NCBI GenBank assembly: GCA_964016885.1
Contig: OZ024741.1
Location: forward strand, 65,782,001 to 65,846,000
DNA from: Eledone cirrhosa
Taxonomy: Eukaryota
Length of the DNA: 64,000 bases
Reading direction: 5' to 3'
How positions within the stretch are numbered: position 1 is the first letter of the stretch; each line of letters starts with the position of its first letter. The notes under the pieces were generated by a model. That model was not told where the DNA came from and searched no databases. It worked only from the letters and a program-made list of their open reading frames with translations. The translations under genes were made by a program, and so were the position numbers. Below are positions 38,802 through 52,762 of this stretch, one piece after another.

Positions 38802-41100
38802 CTGCAAGATAAGAGAAAGAATAACATAACTCACTAAACCATATATTTCAACGCTTAACCAAAGGAAATGGAAACAATCTTTTGGGTCAACAACAAAAAA
38901 AAATGCAAAAAGAAAGCCCTAAAACAAAATAAATAGAATAAGTATAAGACAATGTGGAAACTTGAGAAACACCAGCAGTAGCTGTGCTACTGGAAGTTAC
39001 CAGAAATTGTAGGAAGAGGACTAAAGCTTGAGCAACACCAATACTTCTTGTGGGTTAAACAACAATTGGTTCTTATTTTCTCATAAGACCTCTTCACTGA
39101 GAAGGTCTTATAAGACCAAAACATGTCTTTTGCTTCCATTCTGTAATGATTTAGCAGAAAACATCTAAAAATGGGTTTATTCATTCAAATGTTTATAGTA
39201 TATTTACTGTTGTGAAAATTTGCAGTTTAAGAGTAAGAGCTTCACTTATTAATGGTGTTGTTTTGTACTTTCAAAGAATGATTGTTAATGTGGTATTGGA
39301 TGTTAAGATTTAAAAACTAGATTTCCTCTGTCTACTCTATTTTTACTTTGATTACAGAAAGGCCGAATAAAGACAAAATAAGGAATATGTAAAAACCTCT
39401 CTAATGCTGGTGCCATAATAAAATGCACACAGTATACTCTGCAAAGTTGATGTTAGGAAGGGCATCGAGACTCAGAAACCATGTCAAAAATGGAATGTAG
39501 AGGTAAAGGCATGGCCTCCAGTCCATCTAGAACAATAACACTAAATATGGATTGGGACCTGACCAACTTACGCTAGCATGGAAAGTAGACCAAAATAATG
39601 ATGATGATAGAAAGTCTGGATAAGATTTAAACTCAGAATATAATGTAATGTATTTAATTGTCCAATGAACAGAAAAGCCTGCTCATGAAATTAATGTTTA
39701 AGTAGCTGAGCATTCCACAGATACGTTTAACCTTAACGTAATTCTCAGGAAGATTAGCATGACACATTGTGAAACAAACCGGGCCCTTTGAATTACTGGT
39801 ATAATAAGGGCTTCCAAACAGTTTCTGTCTATCCAATTTCACTCACAAGGCATGGGTTGACCCAAGGCTATAGTAAATGATAACTGTCCAAGATACCATA
39901 GAGTGGGATTGAATCTAGGACCAAATGATTTTTAAGTGCATCTCTTAACCATTTGGTCATGCTGCACACTATAAGCCAGTCATGGGCAAACTGCGGCCCA
40001 TTCGGCTTTCTGGGTGGCATACTTAATTTCAAAACTGCTTTGAACTTTTTAGTAGTGCAGCCTGCCTTATGAGAGACATTCTATGTGACCCACTTCTCGA
40101 AAAGGGTTGCCCATGCAAACTCTATATGGTCATTCAACCTGCTAGAAATAGTAGCCAAATCTACTTCAAATTACACCTGGTCTTCCTGGAGCCTAATGGA
40201 TAATAACTTAGTTAAGTCTCTAAACTATAAGCAACAATAACCACTCCACACTTCAAACTCACAAAGACACAAACTTGGGAGTCTAAAAGATTAAGATAAT
40301 TGATAGATAATTTCTATAATACTCGGTGAACTATATATAGATTGTATCTGCTCGACATGGAAGTTTTTTTAAATAATCAACATATTGTCTATGAAACAAT
40401 AGCATGCTGCTACGCAGGATGGCTCACCTGATCACCACTGAAGAATAAACATAAACCCATCCAAAATGAAAATACAAGGTGTCCTCCAAAAATGTATACA
40501 CACTTTTATTAGAATGTTGTTGAAGTGTGTATACATGTTTGGGGGACATCCTGTATATAAAACAGATAAACAAATAAAAAAAAAAGACAAGACATAATAG
40601 TAACCTAACTCTATTATCTTGCATGCTGTCCATTATTGTTGTTGTTCTTGTTACTATCATTATAATTGTATGGAACTGAAAGTGTTGCATGTTATGAGAT
40701 TATCAGTAATGTCCTTTAAAATGAAGAAGACAGGAGGAGGAGGAGGAGGAGTGAAGAAGAAGAAGGTGAAGAAGAAGAAGAAGGCAAAGAAGAAAGAAGA
40801 AAGAAGTAAAAGAAGACAGGACAAGAAGACCATTCAGAGCAAAGGGAAAGTTGTCAGCAAACACAGGTTGGGAAATATGAAGAATCTAAATGGATATATT
40901 GAATTGTCTGTGTGTGAAGAGGAGGTAAGAGGGGTGGGTAGTAGAGAAGATGGATAAAAGCCATTTGGTGTCTAATAGACAATGTAAGCAATATAACAAA
41001 GTAATTTGAAAACATTTATTGTCAAAGAAGATAAAATCAAACTGCCTCAAAACTGCTCCCTTTAAATGTTTAACCCTTTAGTATTTACATTACTCTAGAT

Positions 41101-41396
41101 CAGTGATTCCCAACGTGGGATGCACACACTACAAGGGGGAAATTTGAAAATGATGTTAATAAGAACAAACTTCAAGTTTTACTTTATTACTTTTACACCA
41201 AGGCAACTTTGGTGCACATTACTGTCAGAGACTCCTGTCTCACCTCCTCCATATGTTATTGTGCATTTGGCACCACTTATACACCAATTTATTTACACTT
41301 TGGAGTTGATGATTACTGTTTTCATGTCAAAGGTGGACATAACAATTTTTTAGATGTTGAGGTGGGGCATGGTATGCAAGAGGTTGAGAACCACTG
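41101..41396. mobile_element. hAT (Charlie-like) MITE nested in a piggyBac MITE
   Basis: TIRs cagtgattcccaac and gttgagaaccactg; 8-bp TSD ctctagat/ctctatat. Confidence 0.8.
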
Positions 41397-43192
41397 CTCT
41401 ATATTTACTATTGTATTTTCACGGTAAAGTCTTTGCCTCACATAATATCCAATCTATAAAAATTTTGATATTATTTATTTTGAGAACAATACCTTAACAT
41501 CAGTATGAGCAGCTGGTTATGGTCAGTTTGAACAGGAAGAGGTTTGAGAATTCTGGCTGGATACAGCTGGTTTAAATGCTAAAGGGCTATACTTATACTA
41601 AATCCTTCCATTAGGATTTAAGAAATTTTTGATAATCATCATTTTTACGGCTGTTTTTCACACTTGAATGGATCGGATGGGGTTTACTTTCTGTTTTTTT
41701 TTTCTGTACAGTATCTCTTCACTCGCAGCGTTACTTTGTCATCTCCTCTGTGAGTCTCAGCTATTTGAGATCAGCTCTCACCACCTCTGCCCAGGTGTTT
41801 CTTGGTCTACCTCTACTGCGGCTTCTCTGGCACTTCTTCACCCAGCGATCATTATTCATGCACATCACATGTCCCTCCAACTTACTAATGAAAGAGATGG
41901 CCATTTTATGATTAAATTCACCCAAATATTTGATTATTTTCAAATTTATTTTGTAAGCTATATGCTGTCTTTCATTAGAAATACAGTAACCAGAGGGTTA
42001 AAAACCTTTGGTCACATTATTCAGAATCAATAAATATAAGTACCAAGCTAGGCAAATGGAGTGCTGGAATTGGTGGAGCATCGAATGGAATGTCTTGTGG
42101 TAGCTGTTTCACCTCTGTACATTCTGAGTTTAAATTTCACCTCATGTCACCCTAAAAATGTTGATATAATGATTGGGGCTTCCATGGTTAAAATACCCAA
42201 ACAAATCTCACAGGAGGCTGACAAGACTTACACAAGTAAATCATAATAAACAACACACTCCTGTCAGAAAGATAAAAAAATTAAGTTCCTCAAAAAAATT
42301 ATAAACTTGGTAGGATTTTAACTCAGAGCATAGAACAAGATTTGTTGTGCTTCAATGCAGTTTGTCCTGTGTTCTACCAGTCTTAATTCAGTGGTCTGTT
42401 TTTTTTTTACAAAGCTATTTCTCAGCAAGAATATGGAATCACATGGCTTAATGGCTAGAGCATTGGGCTCAAAATTATGAGGTTGTGAGTTCAATTCCAA
42501 GACTGGACAAGGTACTTTATTTTGGAACAAGAAATGTTATTTCACATTGGCCCAGTTCACTCAGAAAAAATGAGTTACGACATCACTGGTGCCAAGCTAA
42601 TCAACCTTTGCCTTTTCCTTGGATAACATCGGTGATGAAGAGAGGGAAGACTTCCACAAAAACACCTTGACTGGATTTGTGGCATGGAGGGGAACATTTT
42701 AGGTGTAAACCCATAGTCATTCATGACTGAAGAGAGCCTACTTTAGTAAGAATCAATATTGTTGACATTTAGCCTTAGGTCAATCAAAGTCAATCAAAAG
42801 CATTCCAGCCATGACCATCTAGTCTTTTTCTAAGATAAAGGGTACATTATCCAAAGTAACCTTCCCTTCCAAAGATAGTAGAATGTGGTTTCAGAGAGAT
42901 CTGTGACTGTATATAGTCTCCATCATTGATTTAAAGAATCACTATTCTGATCCCTGCTGCAAACTGGGTCAAGAATTTAGTTTGCTTGGAGTTCTCCACT
43001 TGCCACCACTCCAATGTTCAGTTCAATAGAAGAAAGGAGGTGGAGGAGGATAGCATGTCATTACAAGTTGAAAACTAATCTAAATTATTGACTTTTCTCT
43101 TCCTTTTCTATGATCTTCCTTGTCTATGATCAGAAACAAAACAGAGATCTCCTCCCACATATGAATGTTAAACCGATATATATATATATAAG

Positions 43193-43228
<36 letters not shown>

Positions 43229-43264
43229 TATGTATATATATATAAGTATGTATATATATATAAG

Positions 43265-43338
<74 letters not shown>

Positions 43339-43342
43339 TATG

Positions 43343-43380
<38 letters not shown>

Positions 43381-43450
43381 AGTATATATATATACATACT
43401 TATATATATATATATATATATATATACTTATATATATATATATATATATA

Positions 43451-43500
<50 letters not shown>

Positions 43501-43860
43501 CTTATATATATATACATACTTATATATATATATATCGGTTTAACATTCATATGTGGGAGGAGATCTCTGTTTTGTTTCTGATTTAACTCACTCAATATGC
43601 AAATTAGGCTGCTCAGCCGTTAATTTTCATATACATACTTATATATATATATATATATATATATACATACTTATATACATACTGCTCAGCCGTTATACAT
43701 ACTTATATATATATATATCGGTTTAACATTCATATGTGGGAGGAGATCTCTGTTTTGTTTCCGATTTAACTCACTCAATATGCAAATTAGGCTGCTCAGC
43801 CGTTAATTTTCATAAGGAAAGTATATACTTTCGAACGTTCAACTATCTGGCAGATGGGTA

Positions 43861-43905
43861 AACGGTGCTGATGATAGCTAACAAGCTTGAAACTAGTACA
43901 TCGTT
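43861..43905 (+). ncRNA. Type I hammerhead ribozyme, copy 1
   Basis: AACGGTG CTGATGA t-agct-aaca-agct-t GAAA ctagt A CATCGTT. 7-bp stem I, intact core, palindromic ACTAGT stem III, GUA triplet, predicted cut after 43898. Confidence 0.85.
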
Positions 43906-44332
43906 CCTGTGTCAGTGTTGAACAAAAAGGTGACGTGGTTGCCTTAACACCGTATGGCATAAATTCAGGCTGTTCAGTTTGTTTACAAACGAACAAAGCG
44001 ACATTATAATAAGCGCCGCTAAACTGATATGTGCATATATGTATGTGTACCTGTATGCATATGTATGTATATATGTATATATATATATATATGTGCATGC
44101 TACTGTACGTCTGTATACATATATGTATGTACGTATACATGCATACTTACATTTAAGTAAGTGCCATACTAAGAGTGAGAAATGAAATTTCGTTTTCATT
44201 TTGTTTCAATTTATCGTTTTCGGTATGCCTGACCGATTTAACTCACTCAATATGCAAATTAGGCTGCTCAGCCGTTAATTTTCATAAGGAAAGTATATAC
44301 TTTCGAACGTTCAACTATCTGGCAGATGGGTA

Positions 44333-44377
44333 AACGGTGCTGATGATAGCTAACAAGCTTGAAACTAGTACATCGTT
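44333..44377 (+). ncRNA. Type I hammerhead ribozyme, copy 2
   Basis: Identical to copy 1, 472 bp downstream. Confidence 0.85.
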
Positions 44378-44804
44378 CCTGTGTCAGTGTTGAACAAAAA
44401 GGTGACATGGTTGCCTTAACACCGTATGGCATAAATTCAGGCTGTTCAGTTTGTTTACAAACGAACAAAGCGACGTTATAATAAGCGCCGCTAAACTGAT
44501 ATGTGCATATATGTATGTGTACCTGTATGCATATGTATGTATATATGTATATATATATATATATGTGCATGCTACTGTACGTCTGTATACATATATGTAT
44601 GTACGTATACATGCATACTTACATCTAAGTAAGTGCCATACTAAGAGTGAGAAATGAAATTTCGTTTTCATTTTGTTTCAATTTATCGTTTTCGGTATGC
44701 CTGACCGATTTAACTCACTCAATATGCAAATTAGGCTGCTCAGCCGTTAATTTTCATAAGGAAAGTATATACTTTCGAACGTTCAACTATCTGGCAGATG
44801 GGTA

Positions 44805-44849
44805 AACGGTGCTGATGATAGCTAACAAGCTTGAAACTAGTACATCGTT
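44805..44849 (+). ncRNA. Type I hammerhead ribozyme, copy 3
   Basis: Identical to copy 1, 944 bp downstream. Confidence 0.85.
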
Positions 44850-45156
44850 CCTGTGTCAGTGTTGAACAAAAAGGTGACGTGGTTGCCTTAACACCGTATG
44901 GCATAAATTCAGGCTGTTCAGTTTGTTTACAAACGAACAAAGCGACGTTATAATAAGCGCCGCTAAACTGATATGTGCATATATGTATGTGTACCTGTAT
45001 GCATATGTATGTATATATGTATATATATATATATATGTGCATGCTACTGTACGTCTGTATACATATATGTATGTACGTATACATGCATACTTACATTTAA
45101 GTAAGTGCCATACTAAGAGTGAGAAATGAAATTTCGTTTTCATTTTGTTTCAATTT

Positions 45157-47146
<1,990 letters not shown>

Positions 47147-47703
47147 GTTAAAAGAATAGAGGTGTAACACACAAGTTATTATATATTGGTAAACGGAATA
47201 GAAAATGCTGACAAATTGTTCACAGTTGAAAAATGGTTTAATTAGGAATAAAAGAGTATTAGTGATTGTATGGGTTAGTATTCAGTTGTGTTTTTAAGTT
47301 TTTACCGGTTGCGCATTTCTAAATGCTTTTCAAAAATAATTTTGAGATAGAGTGTCCGTGCTGTTTGCTCTGATCTGATTAGTTTTGGGAATTCTACCTG
47401 TTTTTATGTTAAAAAAGTGGCTCCAATTTGCAAAAATTCTTGTGGTCAAAACAATTTTGATTGGTCGGTAGAGGTCATGTGAATGTAAAAAATTGATTTT
47501 GCGCCAAGACTGTTTTTATGTTAAAAAAGTGGCTCCAGCAAAAATTCTTGTGGTCAAAACAATTTTGATTGGTCGATAGAGGTCATGTGAATAAAAAATT
47601 GGTTTTGCGCCAAGATTGAGAAATGACTCTTTCACAACAAATATGTGTGTGTGTGTGTGTGTGTGTAGTAGTAAGGTGTTCGATGTTGTGATAATGTGTG
47701 TGT

Positions 47704-47760
<57 letters not shown>

Positions 47761-48037
47761 AATTTTTAGCATGTCAAAAGATATTTTTCAGCTTTTGTCT
47801 TATACGGAGAAGTGTGTGTATATATATAAGTCTCTTTGTATGTTGATGTACGCGTGTGTATGTGTGTGTGTATATATGTGTGTGTGTGTGGGTGGACCAG
47901 TATTTTTTCCCCCTGGTAAAATGGTGTACATTATTCGAATTTTTCAGTAAAATCGGTTCTCTTAATAGAACATCAAAAATCTTAACAAAAAAAGGTGTGA
48001 AATGATATTCACTATATATATATACACATACATATAT

Positions 48038-48105
<68 letters not shown>

Positions 48106-48275
48106 TACATATATATATGCACATATATTTTTTTGTATTGCACCATAGAGCATGTGTGTTTACGTATGTCATTGTGTTTATATGTGGGTAGAGATGTGTG
48201 CTGATGTAGGTATGCATGTTGACGTGTGTATGTTGTGGGTTCGTCTTAGGGAGAAGTGTTTAGACGGGGTCCGTA

Positions 48276-49275
48276 TTCTGGAAGATGATACAAAATCACA
48301 ACAAAGCAGAGATATATGAAAAATGGCTTAACTCAACCCCTCTAACTCTCCCCCGTAAACTACAAATAAAGTCCATTCCAAATGAACCCGAACCTCAACG
48401 ACACCTTAGGGAAAGAATGGCATTGGAAAAAATGAAGACAGAAATTGAACTTCTTAAACTGAGGGCCCAGACAAATGAGGAAAAAATCAAAACCATCGAT
48501 GAAGAGATCCTCCTGGAAATCAACAACAAAACTGAAGGCCCCAAGGTAGAGAAGATCTCCAAATTATGGAAAGGGGACTGCAACAGAGAACTGAAATCCC
48601 TTCAACGCTGGGAAAAAAGTGCCGCTTGGTTCCTACACTATGAATCGACTTTTCAAACGGATTACACCTCCAATAACCCGTTCATAAAAATAGGAAAACC
48701 CATAACTGAACCGCACAACAACTTCTCAAACCCCCAAGCCTCTAACAAACGAAGAAGGAAGCACCACACCGAAGATGAACTTCCCAACCTCGCTACCATA
48801 AGAAGGAACAAAAACCCAAGAAATCATCTCCCCCAGAATGACATTTACAACTTTCCCCCTTCAAGGAGACACTATACCAAATCACTCAACTACTACGCGG
48901 ATGCCTCATCGTCAAACAATAGGGAAAAGATACCACCGCCATGATAGATGTAACAACTTCCCCGCTTCAAGGGGACAGCAAGGTAATTACCATTTTCTCA
49001 ACTCTCGCTTCCACAATACACAACAAACCCACACCACACGATACAACCAACAACGTAGGCCACTTATAACACCACAATACAACATGGCACATAGAAACAC
49101 ACACCCATACTCGCAGTACAGGAACACCCCATTCAATCTACAACCACCAACCCGAACCACATTTTACAACAACAAGGAATATAACAAACACAGGAGACCA
49201 CTTAACATCAGCAGACAACCCCTCTACCCCAACCATTTTTTAGACACAGCACACAGATACAGGCAAACAAAATAA
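48276..49275 (+). CDS. Penelope-associated upstream ORF (ORF1-like, helical N-part plus N/R/P/Y-rich tail), 5'-truncated, one frameshift near 48925
   Basis: ORFs 48285-48944 and 48838-49275 join if one base is removed at gggaaaaga. The repeated peptide YNFPPSR/NNFPASR occurs once in each frame, which supports the join. Confidence 0.6.
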
Positions 49276-51560
49276 CACAAGACAGGGAGGAGAAACCGAT
49301 AGTAATAAAAATTATCAATCTTACTAGTGCAGAACCAACACCCAACCTTATCAACTTACTCTCCAAAGGTCTTAAATTCACACCGACCCCACTACGTCCT
49401 AGCTACTATGAAATGAAGGAAGACATCACAGACTTCTGTAGAAAGTTACGACTTAGTGAACAACTATTCGACCAGTACAATGAGGATGAATCATTAGCCA
49501 GAAATAGAAGCAATTACACCCCTTCAAAAGGTAGAAATAAAATCCTGGACGAATTCTGTGAACACATCACAAAATTCCCTTACCAACACTTGCACAGACA
49601 AAAACACAAGCCAAACCTCAACAAGAAAGAATGGGAAGAATTAAATAGATTAAAAACTGACAGAACCATTACAATTAAAGAAGCTGATAAAGGGAGTACA
49701 GTAGTCCTAATGGAGACAGAATTCTATATCAACTTAGCGCTCTCCACTTTGGAAAACGAAACATACTACGAAAAGGCTGAACACTACAATCAACAGAAAA
49801 TTATGAGAAACCTAAAAACTCTAATCAACCAATACAAAGAAGGACTCACTAACAAGGAATTCAGCTTCATCACAGACTTCACAAGTAAATCCAGCCTTTT
49901 CTACGGTATCCCTAAAGTACATAAAAGCGAATCAATAAGTAAGGCATGCAAGGAAGCCACAGACATAGTCATCAATGTCCCCTCACCCAATGATCTCAAA
50001 TTAAGACCTATAATAGCAGGCCCCGCTTGCGAAACGCACCGTCTTAGCAACTTCATTGATACCCTTCTCAAACCCTTCCTCAAGCACATCAAAAGCTATA
50101 TAAGGGACGACCTAGATATGCTCAATCACCGCCCTAATATGCCACTTTCTGAACAAACCCTACTAGTGACGTTCGATGTAGTCAACCTATACTCCAACAT
50201 CCCCCACAACCTAGGAATAGAAGCTATCCAATTCTGGCTGGATAATTTCCACAATGAATTCCCACAACGCATCAAAAAAGAATTTGTGATAGAGGGACTC
50301 AAATTTATCTTGGAGAACAATTACTTCGTTTTCAATAACAAACCCTACAGGCAGAAATCTGGGACCGCTATGGGAACGAAAACAGCCCCCACTTATGCCA
50401 ACCTAGTCATGGGATACCTGGAAATCACCCTCTACACTAAAGTCCTAAACAAATTTGGAAACACCCTCCACTTACACATTGAAAGGAACTGGAAGCGATA
50501 TCTAGATGACTGCTTCATCCTTTGGCACGAAAACATCGAGAAACTCAAAGAATTTCACACCCTTATAAATGGGCTCAACACAAATATTAACTTCACGATG
50601 GAATACAGCCATCAACAACTCCCCTTCCTCGACATCCTCATTAAGATCCATAACAAAAAAATAGAAACAGACATATACTACAAGCCCACAGACTCCAAGC
50701 AATATCTCCCCTTCAACTCTTGCCACCCTAGACACGTCAAAATTAATATTCCCTACAACTTAGCCAAGAGAATCTGTACTATAGTCTCCAATAAAAACAT
50801 CTGCTACTTACGGCTACAAGAACTAAAGGACACACTCATAGGCAGGGACTACCCTGCATCACTAATTGATAATGGAATCCAACGTGCCCTAAAACTCAGT
50901 ACCCAGGACCTTAGACACCCTAAAGTAAATCAACCAAAACTAAAAGCTCTTCCATACAACTCCACACACAACCCCCTCAACAATGAGGCCTTTGACACCA
51001 TCCTCCAGAACATCCCTGTATTGAAAAAGGACCATAGAATGAACCAAATTCTACGAACACACGATATCATAAAGAGCAAAAGACAATCCAAGTCAATGAA
51101 AAACATCTTAACACATGCCAAAGTACTGCCAACCACAACAACGAAACCCACAGTAAAAAAATGCGATAGACCCAACTGTGGCATTTGCATCAACCTAATA
51201 GAGGGTTCGGAATTCTATTTCAAAGATGGACAACATTTTATAGTAAAACACAATTTCACATGTGCATCGGAAAATCTAATATATGTATTAACTTGTTCAG
51301 GTTGTCGAGAACAATACATAGGCCAGACCAAAAACAGCCTCCGCCAACGCATGACTGTCCATAGATCCCAAATCAAAATACGGGAATACAGGAAAATACC
51401 ACTGAGTGAACACATTGATACCTGTGCCGCCCAAAATCATCCCAACTTCAGAATCTTTCCCCTCTACAAATTTAAAGATAATGCCACCCACACCCAGCGC
51501 ATCAGCAAGGAATCTTACTTCATTAACAAATACGGACCCCGTCTAAACACTTCTCCCTAA
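49206..51560 (+). CDS. Penelope-type reverse transcriptase + GIY-YIG endonuclease (open frame; first ATG 49413)
   Basis: Motifs INL...LLSKGLKFTPTP (upstream of the ATG), ADKG, FDVVNLYSNIP, GTAMGTKTAPTYANL, RYLDD, PFLD, YYKPT..SCHP, linker CDRPNCGIC and LIYVLTCSGCREQYIGQT..LRQR...H. Confidence 0.92.
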   Translation, partial: HQQTTPLPQPFFRHSTQIQANKITQDREEKPIVIKIINLTSAEPTPNLINLLSKGLKFTPTPLRPSYYEMKEDITDFCRKLRLSEQLFDQYNEDESLARNRSNYTPSKGRNKILDEFCEHITKFPYQHLHRQKHKPNLNKKEWEELNRLKTDRTITIKEADKGSTVVLMETEFYINLALSTLENETYYEKAEHYNQQKIMRNLKTLINQYKEGLTNKEFSFITDFTSKSSLFYGIPKVHKSESISKACKEATDIVINVPSPNDLKLRPIIAGPACETHRLSNFIDTLLKPFLKHIKSYIRDDLDMLNHRPNMPLSEQTLLVTFDVVNLYSNIPHNLGIEAIQFWLDNFHNEFPQRIKKEFVIEGLKFILENNYFVFNNKPYRQKSGTAMGTKTAPTYANLVMGYLEITLYTKVLNKFGNTLHLHIERNWKRYLDDCFILWHENIEKLKEFHTLINGLNTNINFTMEYSHQQLPFLDILIKIHNKKIETDIYYKPTDSKQYLPFNSCHPRHVKINIPYNLAKRICTIVSNKNICYLRLQELKDTLIGRDYPASLIDNGIQRALKLSTQDLRHPKVNQPKLKALPYNSTHNPLNNEAFDTILQNIPVLKKDHRMNQILRTHDIIKSKRQSKSMKNILTHAKVLPTTTTKPTVKKCDRPNCGICINLIEGSEFYFKDGQHFIVKHNFTCASENLIYVLTCSGCREQYIGQTKNSLRQRMTVHRSQIKIREYRKIPLSEHIDTCAAQNHPNFRIFPLYKFKDNATHTQRISKESYFINKYGPRLNTSP

Positions 51561-51700
51561 GACGAACCCACAACATACACACGTCAACATACATACCTAC
51601 ATCAGCACACATCTCTACCCACATATAAACACAATGACATACGTAAACACACATGCTCTATGGTGCAACACAAAAAAATATATGTGCATATATATATGTA

Positions 51701-51740
<40 letters not shown>

Positions 51741-51949
51741 ATATATGTATGTGTATATATATATAGTGAATATCATTTCACACCTTTTTTTGTTAAGATT
51801 TTTGATGTTCTATTAAGAGAACCGATTTTACTGAAAAAAAATCGAATAATGTACACCATTTTACCAGGGGGAAAAAATACTGGTCCATCCACACACACAC
51901 ATATATACACACACACATACACACGCGTACATCAACATACAAAGAGACT

Positions 51950-51980
<31 letters not shown>

Positions 51981-52514
51981 GCACTTCTCCGTATAAGACA
52001 AAAGCTGAAAAATATCTTTTGACATGCTAAAATACCCCCCATTGCTTTCAGACACATTCTTACTGACCATCCCTGCCACCACGAATTACTCTGCTATACA
52101 CACACACACACACACACTTATCTTAATAGCCATTTGACACACATCGCTGCTAACCATTATCACAACATCGAACACCTTACTACTACTACACACACACACA
52201 CACACACACATATTTGTTGTGAAAGAGTCATTTCTCAATCTTGGCGCAAAACCAATTTTTTATTCACATGACCTCTATCGACCAATCAAAATTGTTTTGA
52301 CCACAAGAATTTTTGCTGGAGCCACTTTTTTAACATAAAAACAGTCTTGGCGCAAAATCAATTTTTTACATTCACATGACCTCTACCGACCAATCAAAAT
52401 TGTTTTGACCACAAGAATTTTTGCAAATTGGAGCCACTTTTTTAACATAAAAACAGGTAGAATTCCCAAAACTAATCAGATCAGAGCAAACAGCACGGAC
52501 ACTCTATCTCAAAA

Positions 52515-52556
52515 TTATTTTTGAAAAGCATTTAGAAATGCGCAACCGGTAAAAAC
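52515..52556 (+). ncRNA. Variant minimal hammerhead-like motif in the Penelope terminal repeat (inverted copy 47298-47340)
   Basis: ttt TTGAAAA gcattt-ag-aaatgc GCAA ccggt A aaaa. Hammerhead topology with palindromic ACCGGT stem III, but a non-canonical core. Confidence 0.4.
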
Positions 52557-52713
52557 TTAAAAACTTAAAACCACAACTGAATACTAACCCATACAATCAC
52601 TAATACTCTTTTATTCCTAATTAAACCATTTTTCAACTGTGAACAATTTGTCAGCATTTTCTATTCCGTTTACCAATATATATATATATATATATATATA
52701 GATAAGTATATAA

Positions 52714-52762
<49 letters not shown>

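Larger units (their letters stand above)
43761..45156 (+). mobile_element. 472-bp tandem array (~3 units) with a hammerhead in each unit: candidate non-LTR retrozyme
   Basis: Units start at 43761, 44233 and 44705; I saw only about 3 substitutions among them. Non-coding, flanked by (TA)n, with an identical hammerhead in each unit. Confidence 0.85.
47147..52682 (+). mobile_element. Neptune-type Penelope-like retroelement, 5'-truncated, with ~1.1-kb inverted terminal repeat
   Basis: RT + GIY-YIG ORF. 47181-48277 is an inverted copy of 51529-52682. (TA)n-GATAAGTATA occurs on both flanks (47121 and 52701). Confidence 0.9.

Noticed and set aside
43796-45143. Triplicated 114, 95 and 68-aa ORFs
   Set aside because: By-products of the 472-bp repeat, partly microsatellite-derived, with no recognisable motifs.
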